From Vulcanimicrobiota bacterium (GTDB taxonomy: Bacteria > Vulcanimicrobiota > Vulcanimicrobiia > Vulcanimicrobiales > Vulcanimicrobiaceae), in contig OY970223.1 in the NCBI GenBank assembly GCA_963714015.1, positions 1,792,001 to 1,856,000 on the forward strand: a stretch of 64,000 nucleotides of DNA, in the 5' to 3' direction. Numbering within the stretch: the stretch's first letter is position 1; each line of letters begins with the position of its first letter. The position numbers were made by a program, and so were the translations under genes. This document shows, piece after piece, positions 1 to 10,219 of this stretch. A model generated the notes under the pieces. That model searched no databases. It saw only the letters and a program-made list of their open reading frames with translations, and was not told where the DNA came from.

Positions 1-537
1 CGTGAAATGCGCGATCACGTGAAAGAGGGTGACGCGGTGGTCGCGCTAAGTGCCAGCGGAGGCGCAGCTTACGTTGCGGCAGCCCTGGCCGCGGCGCGCG
101 AATGCGGGGCGTACACCTTAAGCGTAACGAACGTTCCGGGATCGCCGCTTGAATCGGCGGCGCACTGCGCAATCGTGCTGATGACGGGTCCCGAAGCGCT
201 CGCCGGATCGACGCGGCTCAAAGCCGGAACCGCGCAAAAGATTCTGCTCAACACGCTCTCCACGGCGGTCATGGTGCGTCTGGAGAAAGCCTACGGAAAC
301 CTCATGGTCGACGTAGCGGCGACCAACAAGAAGCTGCGCGATCGCGCGACGCGCCTGGTATCGCATATCGCCCGGATTAGCGAAGAACAAGCGGCGGATC
401 TGCTCCAAGCGGTGAACTGGAACGTCAAAGTCGCCGTGATCGTGGCGCGCACCTCGCTCGATGCGGTCAGCGCGGCTGCTTTGCTCGCGCAAAACAAGGG
501 CTCGCTTCGTCGCAGCCTGTCGCACTTGCCTGGGTAA
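1..537 (+). CDS. murQ: N-acetylmuramic acid 6-phosphate etherase (5'-truncated by window edge)
   Basis: SIS-domain protein with GPEALAGSTRLKAGTAQK and YGNLMVDV-ATNKKL motifs; frame open from base 1. Confidence 0.9.
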   Translation, partial: REMRDHVKEGDAVVALSASGGAAYVAAALAAARECGAYTLSVTNVPGSPLESAAHCAIVLMTGPEALAGSTRLKAGTAQKILLNTLSTAVMVRLEKAYGNLMVDVAATNKKLRDRATRLVSHIARISEEQAADLLQAVNWNVKVAVIVARTSLDAVSAAALLAQNKGSLRRSLSHLPG

Positions 538-581
538 GATGCTGATCGAGCATCCTATCACTAGCGCAAAGGAGGAACGAC

Positions 582-749
582 ATGGCTGCACTAGCCGGAA
601 TCTTGTGGACTATCATCGTTATCCTGTTCGCAGTCTGGATCGCGGGGCTTATCCTGCACTTCCTGGCCGGCTGGATCTGGTTGTTGTTCGTGGTCGCCGT
701 TGTGTTGCTGTTCATCAACCTGCTCAGCGGACGAGGCGCGACGGTCTAA
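582..749 (+). CDS. 55-aa small membrane protein (lmo0937/DUF5670-like), absent from the ORF track
   Basis: AGGAGG at 570-575, ATG 582, TAA 747-749; MAALAGILWTIIVILFAVWIAGLILHFLAGWIWLLFVVAVVLLFINLLSGRGATV, two hydrophobic helices. Confidence 0.8.
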   Translation: MAALAGILWTIIVILFAVWIAGLILHFLAGWIWLLFVVAVVLLFINLLSGRGATV

Positions 750-772
750 CGACTCGAAAAGCGCCGTGACGA

Positions 773-2296
773 ATGATAGTCGCGGCGCTTTTTGCATTGT
801 GGTCGATCGCGTTCGTCCCGCTCGACGATCGACCGGTGACGCGGCAGCTTCCCCAGATGCTCGGCCGAATTGCCGGCGCGGACGTAATGGAACCGCCGCG
901 CGGGCTGCTCGGCAACTACCTCGATTTCGGTCAACCGGACGCGGTCGTGGCTTGGCTCAACGGTGCTCAAGCCCGCAGCGCGCAGAGCTTCGTCATTTCG
1001 ACGGACATGCTCGCCTACGGCGGTCTGGTCGCCTCTCGCGTACCGGGGCCGAGTTATCAGGATGCTTATTTTCGGCTGCGCGAGCTGGCGCATTTGCGCG
1101 CCGAGCACCCGCACGCGTGGATCGGCGCGTTCGGCACCGTAATGCGCTTGGCGCCGACCGGCGTCCCTGCGGTTGGCCCTGCGCAGAACTTTTTCGCTGC
1201 GTATCCGCAATGGACGTATCTGCAGCAGTACGCCAATCTGCACGATCCGCCGCTGCCGGCGCAAGCCGCAACGGCCGCGCACTTGCAAGCGATGATGGCT
1301 CCCGGGCTGCTGCAGGCGTATTTGAACGCGCGCGAGCGCGATTATGGCGTCGACGTGCTCGCATTGAAATCCGCAAGCGAGGGCGACGTAGACCGGCTGG
1401 TGCTTGGACAGGACGATGCCGGACCCGTCGGGCTGCACGTCAAAGAGGTGCACGCACTCCAGAATTATGTGCTGCAATACGGCTTGAGCGATAAAGTCTC
1501 GATCGAGCCGGGAGCGGACGAACTCGGAATGGCGCTTGTCGCGCATGCGCTTGCTCAGCATGCGGGATGGCAGCCCCGCATCGGCGTGCGCTATTCTCGC
1601 CCCGACGGCGCCGCCTATCACGATCCGCTCGAATACGCTCCGATCGACACGGCGATAACGTCGCTGATTGCACTTTGCGGCGGCGTTCGAAACGACGCTT
1701 CACCCGAAATCGTGCTGTACGTTCGAGTGTCCGGCGATACGGCGCAACAGGACGACGATCTCGAGCAAGCGATGCGAACCGACGAAGCCGCCGGCAGATC
1801 GGTGGCGTTTGCCGACGAGACATTTCTTGCCGGAACGTACGAACCGCAAGCGAGCTTCGCGGAACGTCTCTTGCGCGACGGGGTCGCTCGATTTCTCGAC
1901 GCCTATTCGTCATGGAACACCAACGCCAATACGGCCGGCACGGCTTTAGCCGAGGCCGTCGCCGCCGGAGCAGGCCGCCGCGCGGGAACGTATGACGCAC
2001 TCGCGCATCGCGAATTCACGTTCGATCGCATCCTGGACGATTATGCGTTTCACGACTACGTCCGGGGGGAGTTAAACGCGATGCTGACCACCGAGGGCGT
2101 GCAAGATCACACCTATTTGCTGCCGAGCGTCGCAGCGCCGGTTGCCGCGTTCAACAATGCCGCGTTATGGAACCGTGCCGGACCGATTCTCGCCCGGCTC
2201 GCTCCAGGCTACCACATTGCCGCGATGCACATTACGCTGCCCTGGAACCGCACGTTCGAGACGGAGATCGACACTTCTCTGGCGCCGGATCTTTAG
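773..2296 (+). CDS. DUF4127 family protein
   Basis: FVPLDDRP, STDMLAYGGLVASR, GQDD, PGADE and YSSWNT-AN-GT motifs. Confidence 0.75.
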   Translation: MIVAALFALWSIAFVPLDDRPVTRQLPQMLGRIAGADVMEPPRGLLGNYLDFGQPDAVVAWLNGAQARSAQSFVISTDMLAYGGLVASRVPGPSYQDAYFRLRELAHLRAEHPHAWIGAFGTVMRLAPTGVPAVGPAQNFFAAYPQWTYLQQYANLHDPPLPAQAATAAHLQAMMAPGLLQAYLNARERDYGVDVLALKSASEGDVDRLVLGQDDAGPVGLHVKEVHALQNYVLQYGLSDKVSIEPGADELGMALVAHALAQHAGWQPRIGVRYSRPDGAAYHDPLEYAPIDTAITSLIALCGGVRNDASPEIVLYVRVSGDTAQQDDDLEQAMRTDEAAGRSVAFADETFLAGTYEPQASFAERLLRDGVARFLDAYSSWNTNANTAGTALAEAVAAGAGRRAGTYDALAHREFTFDRILDDYAFHDYVRGELNAMLTTEGVQDHTYLLPSVAAPVAAFNNAALWNRAGPILARLAPGYHIAAMHITLPWNRTFETEIDTSLAPDL

Positions 2297-2335
2297 CGTA
2301 AAACGTCCGCGCGCTGCCGGTGTCGTCACGGGAAC

Positions 2336-3256
2336 CTATTGAACGAGATCTTGGGCCAGCACGAACTGCACGCCTTCTTGTTCGATTTTCGGATACATCA
2401 AACGCAAAGCGTCCAGGGTAGTGGGCTTGGGGTGGCCGATGGCGATTGCGCTCCCCTTCTGCTGCGCGATCGCGGCGGCGTGCTGGAGCATTGTTTCGGT
2501 GGCGATGAGATCGGCCCGGTTGTCGAGGAAAACGTCGCGCGATGCGGTTGGAACGCCGTCCAATTGCGCTTCGCGCGCGGCGACGGTCAATGCGCTGGTG
2601 CGGGAATCGATGAAGAAGAGGCCATGCGATTTTGCGACGGCGATGACGTCCTTCATTATGCGGGCATTTGCGCTTGCGGAGCTTCCTTCGTGATTGTTCA
2701 TCCCTTTGGCGAGCGGCACTTGCGCAACGTCGTCCTCCGTTTGCGCAGTCACCTGGGCGTCGGACATGCCGGTCGTGATCTCGCCGGCGCCGGCTTTGAT
2801 TCCGGAGATTGCTTCCATCGGAAGGTGCAGCATGATGCCCTTGCCGGCGGCGGCAGCCGTCTGCGCGATCTGCGCGGTGTAGCGTACGTGCGGCATGATT
2901 GCCAGAGTCAGCGGGATCGGCAATTCCGTATAACCGCGTTCGATTTCCGGCCACTGCCCGCAATCGTCGATGATAATCGCCAGCTTCGGCGCGTTAGCGG
3001 GCGGCGAGACGAGCGGCGCGGCTGACGCGGGAGAAGCAGTTGCGAGGGGTGCCTGCGGGGACGTTGCCGGTGCTGCGGCGTTCGTCGTAGTCACTGCCGG
3101 CGTCGGCGCGGTCGCTGAAACCAGCCGGCGATGGTGCGGCTGGCGCCGGGAGTGTGGAAGCAGCGCCCATATGACGAAAGCAGCAAGCGCGGCGGCGAGC
3201 AGAATCGGCAACGGATTTAAGCGTCGCGCTTTTTTGCGTTTTCGCGGCATCCGCAT
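2336..3256 (-). CDS. divergent polysaccharide deacetylase family protein (YibQ-like), N-terminal membrane anchor
   Basis: AIIIDD, MLHLPME, NNHEGS, FFIDSRT, RDVFLD and AIGHP motifs. Confidence 0.85.
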   Translation of the reverse strand: MRMPRKRKKARRLNPLPILLAAALAAFVIWALLPHSRRQPHHRRLVSATAPTPAVTTTNAAAPATSPQAPLATASPASAAPLVSPPANAPKLAIIIDDCGQWPEIERGYTELPIPLTLAIMPHVRYTAQIAQTAAAAGKGIMLHLPMEAISGIKAGAGEITTGMSDAQVTAQTEDDVAQVPLAKGMNNHEGSSASANARIMKDVIAVAKSHGLFFIDSRTSALTVAAREAQLDGVPTASRDVFLDNRADLIATETMLQHAAAIAQQKGSAIAIGHPKPTTLDALRLMYPKIEQEGVQFVLAQDLVQ

Positions 3257-3288
3257 AACTCTTGTGCGGCGCGGGTACGCTTGCCTTC

Positions 3289-4206
3289 ATGCCCGAGATC
3301 TATGACGCCGCCATTGTGGGCGGTGGCGCGGCCGGATTGAGCGCGGCGCTGGTGCTCGGCCGTTCGTGCCGCAGCGTACTTGTATTGGACGATGGTCGTC
3401 CGCGAAATGCCGTCGTGGACCGCATGCACGGCTTCTTGAGTCGCGACGGTACGCCCCCCGGAGAACTGCTTACGCTGGCGAGAGGGCAGCTCGAACGCTA
3501 TCGCAACGTCGAATCCGTAGCAGCCCATGTCGACGCAATCGAAGGCGCTAACGAGGCCTTTTTCGTCCAGACGAGCAGACAGGAGCGTTTCACCGCACGC
3601 CGGTTGCTGCTTGCAACGGGCGTCTACGACGAGCTTCCGGCGATCGAAGGCATCGATGGGTACTGGGGCCGCTTCGTGTTTTCATGTCCGTACTGCGACG
3701 GCTGGGAGATGCGCGGCAAACGGCTCGCCGTCGCCGGCAAAGGAAATAAGGCCGTCGATCTTGCGCAAGAACTGCGTCAATGGACGGACGATCTTATTGT
3801 CTGCACGCAGGGTGAGGAATTGAGCAGCGATAGTGCGCGGTGGCTGCGCGCCGCCGGAGCAAAATTGTACCTCTCTCCCATCGCTCGCCTGGCAAAGGAT
3901 GGACGCTTGCGAATCGAGTTTTCCGACAGTTCCGCAGATGCGTGTGACGGGTTGTTCGTGACCGCGCCGCTGCGCCAGCGTTACCCGCTCGTGGAGATGC
4001 TGCGCTGCCGCGTGAGGCCCAACGGCGAGATCGATACCGACGAGCAGGGACGAACGTCGGTGAAAGGGGTCTACGCGGCCGGCGATGCCGTCACTTCGGT
4101 GCACCAAGTGATGCTTGCGTGCGCGAGCGGAATCTGCGCCGCCATGGCGATTAATGAAGATCTCCTCGAGGAAGAGGTTCGGGCAGTGCTGCGCACAGCC
4201 GATTAG
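3289..4206 (+). CDS. NAD(P)/FAD-dependent oxidoreductase, thioredoxin-reductase-like
   Basis: GGGAAGLSAA Rossmann motif, CPYCDG, TSVKGVYAAGD; start set at ATG 3289. Confidence 0.85.
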   Translation: MPEIYDAAIVGGGAAGLSAALVLGRSCRSVLVLDDGRPRNAVVDRMHGFLSRDGTPPGELLTLARGQLERYRNVESVAAHVDAIEGANEAFFVQTSRQERFTARRLLLATGVYDELPAIEGIDGYWGRFVFSCPYCDGWEMRGKRLAVAGKGNKAVDLAQELRQWTDDLIVCTQGEELSSDSARWLRAAGAKLYLSPIARLAKDGRLRIEFSDSSADACDGLFVTAPLRQRYPLVEMLRCRVRPNGEIDTDEQGRTSVKGVYAAGDAVTSVHQVMLACASGICAAMAINEDLLEEEVRAVLRTAD

Positions 4207-4241
4207 CGCGGCCGCGCATAGCCTCATGGTGAGGGCTGCGG

Positions 4242-4640
4242 CTAGTTATCAGCCTGGCACAGTTCGATCAGTACGCCGCCGGTGCTCTTAGGATGCAGAA
4301 ACGCGATGCGGTTGCCGTGCGCGCCTTTCCGGGGCGCCTCGTCGATGAGCCGAACGCCGGCGGCTTTCAGCCGCGCGAGTTCCGCTTCGAGGTTTTGCAC
4401 GCGGTAAGCCGTGTGGTGCAGCTTTGATTCGGCCTCCCCTCGATAGCGCGCGATCGTGCTTCGTTCGTCCAGCGGGCGAAGCAACTCGATGACCGAGTCG
4501 CCGGCTCTCAGTCCCACCGCCTCAATGCCCTGATCGGCGACGGTTTCGCGATACACCTGCTCGAAGCCCAGCACTTTGGTGTAAAGCTCGAGCGTCGCAT
4601 CGAGGTCCTTGACGACGATCGCAACATGATCGATACGCAT
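4242..4640 (-). CDS. mce: methylmalonyl-CoA epimerase
   Basis: VOC fold IDHVAIVV...LHHTAYRV...GAHG-IAFLHPKSTGGVLIEL; start overlaps the mutase stop (TGATG). Confidence 0.9.
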   Translation of the reverse strand: MRIDHVAIVVKDLDATLELYTKVLGFEQVYRETVADQGIEAVGLRAGDSVIELLRPLDERSTIARYRGEAESKLHHTAYRVQNLEAELARLKAAGVRLIDEAPRKGAHGNRIAFLHPKSTGGVLIELCQADN

Positions 4641-6220
4641 CACGCAACCGCCTCCGGCGCGCGATAAACGCCGAAGACGTCGCGCAGCACGTTGCAAATC
4701 TCACCGAGCGTTGCACCGCCATCGACTGCGTCGACGAAACACGGCATTAAATTGGTTTTTGCGGCGGCCGCCTCGCGCACTGCCTGCAGCCGTTCCCGAA
4801 CGATTTCGGCGTTGCGCCGTTCTCGAAACGCCTGGATTCGGCGGCATTGCTCGCCTTCTACGGCATCGTCCACGCGCTGCAGCGGGATAGTGACCGCCTC
4901 GCTGCCGGGCTCTGCGAAACGGTTCACGCCCACGACCACCTGTTCGCCGCTCTCGATCGCTTGTTGCGCCAGATAGGCGGAATCGGCGACGCGCGACTGC
5001 ATCCAACCGCTTTCGATCGCGGCGATGCTTCCGCCCAGCGCATCGACCTCCGCGATGAGCGCCGCAGCGCGGTCGATCAACTCGTTCGTCAGCGACTCGA
5101 CGTAATACGATCCGCCCATCGGATCGACGACGTCCGCCACGCCGCTCTCATAGCCGATGATCTGCTGCGTCCGCAACGCAACCTTTGCAGCTTCGGCGGT
5201 TGGAAGCGCCAGCGCTTCGTCTTTGCCGTTGGTGTGCAGCGATTGGGTTCCGCCCAGCACGGCTGCGAGCGCCTGCAGCGTCACGCGCACCACGTTGTTG
5301 TCTGGTTCCTGCGCCGTCAGCGTCGATCCGGCAGTCTGACTGTGGAACCGCAACATCTGCGAGCGGGGATCTTTGCATCCGAACTCCTCGCGCGTGATGT
5401 GGGCCCACAAATAGCGGGCCGCGCGGAATTTGGCGATCTCTTCGAAGAAATCGTTGTGCGCGTTCCAAAAGAACGATAGGCGTGGAGCGATCGCATCGAG
5501 ATCGATTCCTGCATCCCGCGCGGCGCGCAGATACGCCTTGCCGTTGGAAAGCGTGAACGCGATCTCTTCGAGCGCCGTCGATCCCGCTTCACGGATGTGG
5601 TAGCCGGAAATCGAGATCGTGTTCCACTGCGGAACTTCCCTCGCGCAGTACGACATGACGTCCGTGACCAGGCGCATCGACGGCGCGGGCGGATAGATGT
5701 ACGTCCCGCGCGCAACGTACTCTTTGAGAACGTCGTTTTGCACCGTGCCGCCCAAGCGATCGAAAGGAATGCCGCGCCGCCGCGCCACGGCGAGCAGCAT
5801 GGACAATATAATCGAAGCCGGCGCGTTGATCGTCATCGAAACGGTGACTTGGTCGAGCGGTATTCCTTCGAAGAGCATCTCGACGTCTTCGACCGAGTCG
5901 ATCGCTACGCCGACTTTGCCCACCTCGCCGCGGGCCTGTGGCGCATCGGAATCGTAACCCAGCTGCGTCGGAAGATCGAACGCCACGGAGAGTCCGGTCG
6001 TGCCGCGTTCGAGCAGATACCGGTACCGGGCATTCGACTCTGCCGCTGTTGCAAATCCGGCGTATTGGCGCATCGTCCACAGCCGGCCGCGGTACATGTC
6101 GGCGCGCACGCCGCGCATGAACGGGAAAGCGCCGGGCTCGCCGGCTTTGTGCGTGCTGCCCTCGGCGCGATCGTACGCAGCTTTCAGCGGGATGCCGCTG
6201 GCATTTTCGGTTCTAGCCAC
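4640..6220 (-). CDS. methylmalonyl-CoA mutase, substrate-binding large subunit (no B12-binding domain)
   Basis: [56 protein letters not shown]; ends without a DxHxxG domain. Confidence 0.9.
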   Translation of the reverse strand: MARTENASGIPLKAAYDRAEGSTHKAGEPGAFPFMRGVRADMYRGRLWTMRQYAGFATAAESNARYRYLLERGTTGLSVAFDLPTQLGYDSDAPQARGEVGKVGVAIDSVEDVEMLFEGIPLDQVTVSMTINAPASIILSMLLAVARRRGIPFDRLGGTVQNDVLKEYVARGTYIYPPAPSMRLVTDVMSYCAREVPQWNTISISGYHIREAGSTALEEIAFTLSNGKAYLRAARDAGIDLDAIAPRLSFFWNAHNDFFEEIAKFRAARYLWAHITREEFGCKDPRSQMLRFHSQTAGSTLTAQEPDNNVVRVTLQALAAVLGGTQSLHTNGKDEALALPTAEAAKVALRTQQIIGYESGVADVVDPMGGSYYVESLTNELIDRAAALIAEVDALGGSIAAIESGWMQSRVADSAYLAQQAIESGEQVVVGVNRFAEPGSEAVTIPLQRVDDAVEGEQCRRIQAFRERRNAEIVRERLQAVREAAAAKTNLMPCFVDAVDGGATLGEICNVLRDVFGVYRAPEAVA

Positions 6221-6268
6221 GGGCGGCCATATTCGTCGCTCGCGCCGGTTTTGCTACCGGCGGCCGGT

Positions 6269-6604
6269 TTAGGGACGGTCGGAAAGGGCGGAAAGGCGAC
6301 TTGCCTGCGCGATGAGCCGCTCGCCGGCGTAGAAGGCGCCGTCGTATTCCTGAGGCCACAGCAGCCGGAACAGCAAAGCGTTCTTTTTCATTACGGAAGC
6401 ATTGCGCGCGGCGGAATGGATCTGCGCTTCAACGTATTGGACGTTTGGATAGACGCGCGCGGCGGCAATCGCAACCTCGGCCTCGAGCAACGCCTGAGTG
6501 CGCACTTCATACAGGCGGCGCAAATGAAGCATCTGCGCGCGTAGGACGAACGCACAAGCGGCAAAGGCGAGGATGCAGAGCGCGGCGGCGCTATCGAGGA
6601 TCAT
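6269..6604 (-). CDS. hypothetical protein with N-terminal hydrophobic helix
   Basis: 111-aa ORF filling the gap between co-oriented genes; no recognised motif. Confidence 0.45.
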   Translation of the reverse strand: MILDSAAALCILAFAACAFVLRAQMLHLRRLYEVRTQALLEAEVAIAAARVYPNVQYVEAQIHSAARNASVMKKNALLFRLLWPQEYDGAFYAGERLIAQASRLSALSDRP

Positions 6605-6636
6605 GCATTCAATGTCGGGCGGCGGCGGGGGAAATC

Positions 6637-8385
6637 TTAAGTAATAGTTATGAGGGGGGATTGCGCTTCGACCGTCTCGCCCTTTTCGACGTGAACGGCC
6701 GTGACGGCTCCCGCCTTGTGGGCCCGGATTTCATTCATCATCTTCATTGCCTCGACCACCACGACAACCTGCCCCTGGGCGACCTCGTCGCCTTCTCGAA
6801 CGGAGACCTCGACCACGACGCCGTGCAGCGGCGAAGGGACGTCGTTGCCGGTAGACGTTACGGCGCGCCTTTTGTGCGCAATGCGTGGTGCGGCTTTCCC
6901 CCGGCCGGAGGTGACGGCAGCGCGCGGCTGATCCAGCAGCTTGACGCGATAGAGCTTGTCATTGATCTCCACGCGCACCGTTATCGCGGCCGACTCCTGA
7001 GCCGCCGGCGGCGAGGGCGCTTCAACCGGCCCGTTCGGGGCGTAGTGCTCGGCGGCGAACGTTTCCAGCGTTGCCGTTCCGTAGCTTGCGTCGAGGACGG
7101 GCGGATGATCGCACAGCGCGCGCAGCACCGGCAGCGTCGTCGGAACGCCGGCAATTTCGTATTCGTCGATTGCGCGCCGAAGGCGCGCGATCGCTTGCGG
7201 CCGCGTCGGAGCCCAGACGATGAGCTTGGCGATCATCGAATCGTAATCAGGGGCGATCGTGAAGCCTTCGTACGCCGCCGAGTCGATCCGAACGCCCGGA
7301 CCGGCCGGTTCGCGATATGAGGTGACGACGCCCGGGGCCGGACGGAAGTTTTGCCTAACGTCTTCGGCGTTGACGCGCCCTTCGATTGCGTGGCCCCGAA
7401 ATTCGATCGCGTCCTGACCGTAGCCGAGCTTTTCGCCTGCGGCGACCCGAATCTGCTCGCGGACGAGGTCCAAGCCGCTGACCATTTCGCTGACTGTGTG
7501 CTCGACTTGAATGCGCGTGTTCATCTCGAGAAAGTAGAAGCGATCTCCGCTTACGAGACACTCTATCGTGCCGACGCTGTCGTAGCCGATCGCTTGCGCG
7601 GCTCGAATGCCTGCATCGCGCAAGCCTGATCGCACGCTCTCGGAGATCGACGCCGGCGTCTCTTCCCAAAGTTTTTGATGGCGCCGCTGCAGCGAGCAGT
7701 CCCGCTCGCCGACGTGCAGCACCGTCCCGTGCTTGTCCGCAAGAATTTGGAGTTCGACGTGCTTGGGATTCTCGAGATAGCGCTCCGCGTAGATCGTTCC
7801 GTTCTTGAAATACGCCTCGGCTTCGCGCTGAGCGGTAGCAAGCGCGGAGGAAACTTCCTCGATCGTGTGCGCGACTTTGAGCCCTTTACCGCCGCCGCCG
7901 CCCGAAGCTTTGAGCGCCAGCGGCAAACCGTAACGCTGCGCCGCGGCAATTGCGGCGTTCACATCAGCGATCGGCTCCGTTCCGCCCGGCACGACCGGGA
8001 CACCGGCTTTGACCATCGCTTGACGCGCGCGGACCTTGTCTCCCATGGCGTCAATTGCATCCGGATGCGGTCCGATCCAGACCAGACCCGCGGCGATAAT
8101 CTCGCGCGCGAATTGCGCGTTTTCGGCCAGAAAACCATATCCTGGATGTATCGCCTGCGCGCCGCATTGCTCCGCCGCTTCGAGCAGCCGGCGCACGTTC
8201 AAATAACTTTGGCCCGGCGAGGCCGGACCAAGAAGATAGGCTTCGTCGGCCATGCGCACGTGCAGCCCGTCGCGATCGATCTCGGAATACACGGCAACCG
8301 TTGCGAGGCCCATTTCCTTGGCGGTGCGGATAACTCGGACGGCGATCTCTCCGCGGTTTGCGATTAGAATCTTGGAGAACGTCAT
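6637..8385 (-). CDS. acetyl/propionyl-CoA carboxylase alpha subunit (biotin carboxylase + biotin carrier fusion)
   Basis: ILIANRGEIA, HPGYGFLAEN, ERDCSLQRRHQK, FLEMNTRIQVEH; C-terminal EAMKM biotinylation motif. Confidence 0.93.
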   Translation of the reverse strand: MTFSKILIANRGEIAVRVIRTAKEMGLATVAVYSEIDRDGLHVRMADEAYLLGPASPGQSYLNVRRLLEAAEQCGAQAIHPGYGFLAENAQFAREIIAAGLVWIGPHPDAIDAMGDKVRARQAMVKAGVPVVPGGTEPIADVNAAIAAAQRYGLPLALKASGGGGGKGLKVAHTIEEVSSALATAQREAEAYFKNGTIYAERYLENPKHVELQILADKHGTVLHVGERDCSLQRRHQKLWEETPASISESVRSGLRDAGIRAAQAIGYDSVGTIECLVSGDRFYFLEMNTRIQVEHTVSEMVSGLDLVREQIRVAAGEKLGYGQDAIEFRGHAIEGRVNAEDVRQNFRPAPGVVTSYREPAGPGVRIDSAAYEGFTIAPDYDSMIAKLIVWAPTRPQAIARLRRAIDEYEIAGVPTTLPVLRALCDHPPVLDASYGTATLETFAAEHYAPNGPVEAPSPPAAQESAAITVRVEINDKLYRVKLLDQPRAAVTSGRGKAAPRIAHKRRAVTSTGNDVPSPLHGVVVEVSVREGDEVAQGQVVVVVEAMKMMNEIRAHKAGAVTAVHVEKGETVEAQSPLITIT

Positions 8386-8510
8386 TCGCTGCCCACGGAT
8401 TCACGGCGCATTGCGCGGCGCCAGGCAGGCATCACTTCGGGCGCGGGTTCTTCGCTTTGCTCCGCTGCGGTGAGCGCCGCTACGAGTGCGGCGAGCTCCT
8501 CATCCGTCAC
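8382..8510 (-). CDS. probable acyl-CoA carboxylase epsilon subunit (AccE/PccE-like), 42 aa, absent from the ORF track
   Basis: GTG start overlaps the fabI stop and TGA overlaps the carboxylase ATG; MTDEELAALVAALTAAEQSEEPAPEVMPAWRRAMRRESVGSE has the EELAAL helix and downstream Trp pattern. Confidence 0.7.
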   Translation of the reverse strand: MTDEELAALVAALTAAEQSEEPAPEVMPAWRRAMRRESVGSE

Positions 8511-9298
8511 TTGGTTTGAAATTCGGACGGATACATGCCGACCGCGTGGTAGCCGGCATCGACGAAATGCACGTCGGCGGTGATGGCTGCGGAGAGATCC
8601 GAGGCCAGATAAACTGCAGTGTTCCCCACATCGTCGGCGGTTATATTTCGGCGCAGCGGTGCGACTTGCGGAACGACGTCCAGCATCTTCGTCGCGCCGG
8701 CGACCTGCCGCATGCTCGCCGTTTTGATCGGTCCCGCGGAGATCGCGTTCACGCGGATTCCGCGTCCGCCCAAATCGTAAGCCAGGTAACGCACGGACGA
8801 CTCCAGCGCCGCTTTAGCGATTCCCATCAGGTTGTAGTTGGGCACGATCGCGGTCGATCCAAGATACGTCAACGCCATGACCGACGCATTGTCGTTGAAC
8901 GAGTCCCGCAGCGTGGAAACGAGCGCGATCAGCGAGAATGCCGAGACGTCCAGAGAGAGCGCGAAGCCGGCTCGCGACGTGTCGAACACCGTGCCGCGCA
9001 GATCGTTTTTATCCGCAAAGGCAATCGAGTGGACCAGTGCGTCGATTTTACCGAAACGGCTGCCCAGTTCCGAGCACATTCGCCGCAGCGATTCGTCCGA
9101 GGCCACATCGCACTCCAGGACGGGGCCCCCTCCGAATTCCTCGGCGATTTTTTCGACTTGGTCCTTGACGCGCTCGCCCTGGTAGGTGAATGCCAGGTCG
9201 GCTCCGTGCGCGCGAAACTGCCGCGCTATGCCGGTGGCTATAGACCATTGGTTGGCCACGCCGGTGACGAGCGCTCTTTTTCCCTCCAGTAATTTCAC
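8507..9298 (-). CDS. fabI: enoyl-ACP reductase (NADH)
   Basis: GVANQWSIATGIA, VHSIAFA, YLGS...NYNLMGIAKAALE, VNAISAGPIKT. Confidence 0.92.
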   Translation of the reverse strand: MKLLEGKRALVTGVANQWSIATGIARQFRAHGADLAFTYQGERVKDQVEKIAEEFGGGPVLECDVASDESLRRMCSELGSRFGKIDALVHSIAFADKNDLRGTVFDTSRAGFALSLDVSAFSLIALVSTLRDSFNDNASVMALTYLGSTAIVPNYNLMGIAKAALESSVRYLAYDLGGRGIRVNAISAGPIKTASMRQVAGATKMLDVVPQVAPLRRNITADDVGNTAVYLASDLSAAITADVHFVDAGYHAVGMYPSEFQTK

Positions 9299-9436
9299 GT
9301 CAGGTACATACCAAAGCCGACTGCGGCGTCCTTTCGAGTCTATGCGTCAACGGCGCCGAGTCGAGCGAAAATCCGGTTTCCCGACGCGATTTGACGCCGG
9401 CCCCCAAGGATGCGCGGTCGAACCATGGCCGAGCGA

Positions 9437-10124
9437 TCAGGATGACGCGATGTACGTGAAGTGCGCCTCCTGGCAGGCGTTGATCGCCATGACCCCTGCC
9501 GGAACGACGAGGGCTCCGGGAACGATGCCGTTCATGATCGCGGTATAGACGCGAGCGTACGGCTTCTTGAGCGAATGACTGATCGCGCCCGTCAAGCCGG
9601 CAATGGCGTTGTGACACACGAAAAATGAGCAGCCGCGTCCGACCATGGCTTCGATGGAACTATCGTCCTCGGGATCGCTTTTTTCCGCATGCAAATATAG
9701 ATTGCCCTTTCCTAGCGTCTCGTCTTTCAACTGATCGCGAATAGATTGCGGACCGGACTTGGCGAGCGATGCGATGTAATCGTTCCAAATCGAGTCGTTC
9801 ATCGCAAGGGCAATGGACGACCCGTGATAGAGTACCGCCGCGGCATGCATTGAGCCCGGCTTGTCGTGCAGGTAGTCTTCGTACGCGCGGATAGAGTTGA
9901 GCATGGCGTCGAGCACGTCACCGCCGGCAATGTTCGTCGCGCCGAAACACTGCCGATGCACTGCCGGTTTGGCCAAAATTGCGTTAAACTGCCCGCGTCA
10001 AAATCGAACGGCGGAGGCGTATGTTTGGGTAATGCAGCCGGCTTGGGACTAGTTGCGGCCATCCGCATGCCGGAGCGCCGGCAAATAGTGCCGCGGCGCC
10101 CAGGAAATCTTTGCGATTCGGCAT
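9437..10124 (-). CDS. putative Tat-exported DsrE/F-like protein; 5' part appears frameshifted (error or pseudogene)
   Basis: AAAGGA then ATG 10124 gives MPNRKDFLGAAALFAG; the C-terminal 179-aa ORF has FFVCHNA and VPAGVMAINACQE; segments lie in different frames near 10065 and 9990. Confidence 0.55.
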
Positions 10125-10219
10125 TTTTACATTATCCTTTTCTTATGAATTTGTTATCGGAATATAGTCATAAGACCACTCAAGACTTATCGACGACGTC
10201 GAAGAAGATGCTTGCCCGT

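Noticed and set aside
4640..6220. Isobutyryl-CoA or 2-hydroxyisobutyryl-CoA mutase
   Set aside because: Specificity residues are Tyr and Arg as in methylmalonyl-CoA mutase, and an epimerase gene is coupled to it.
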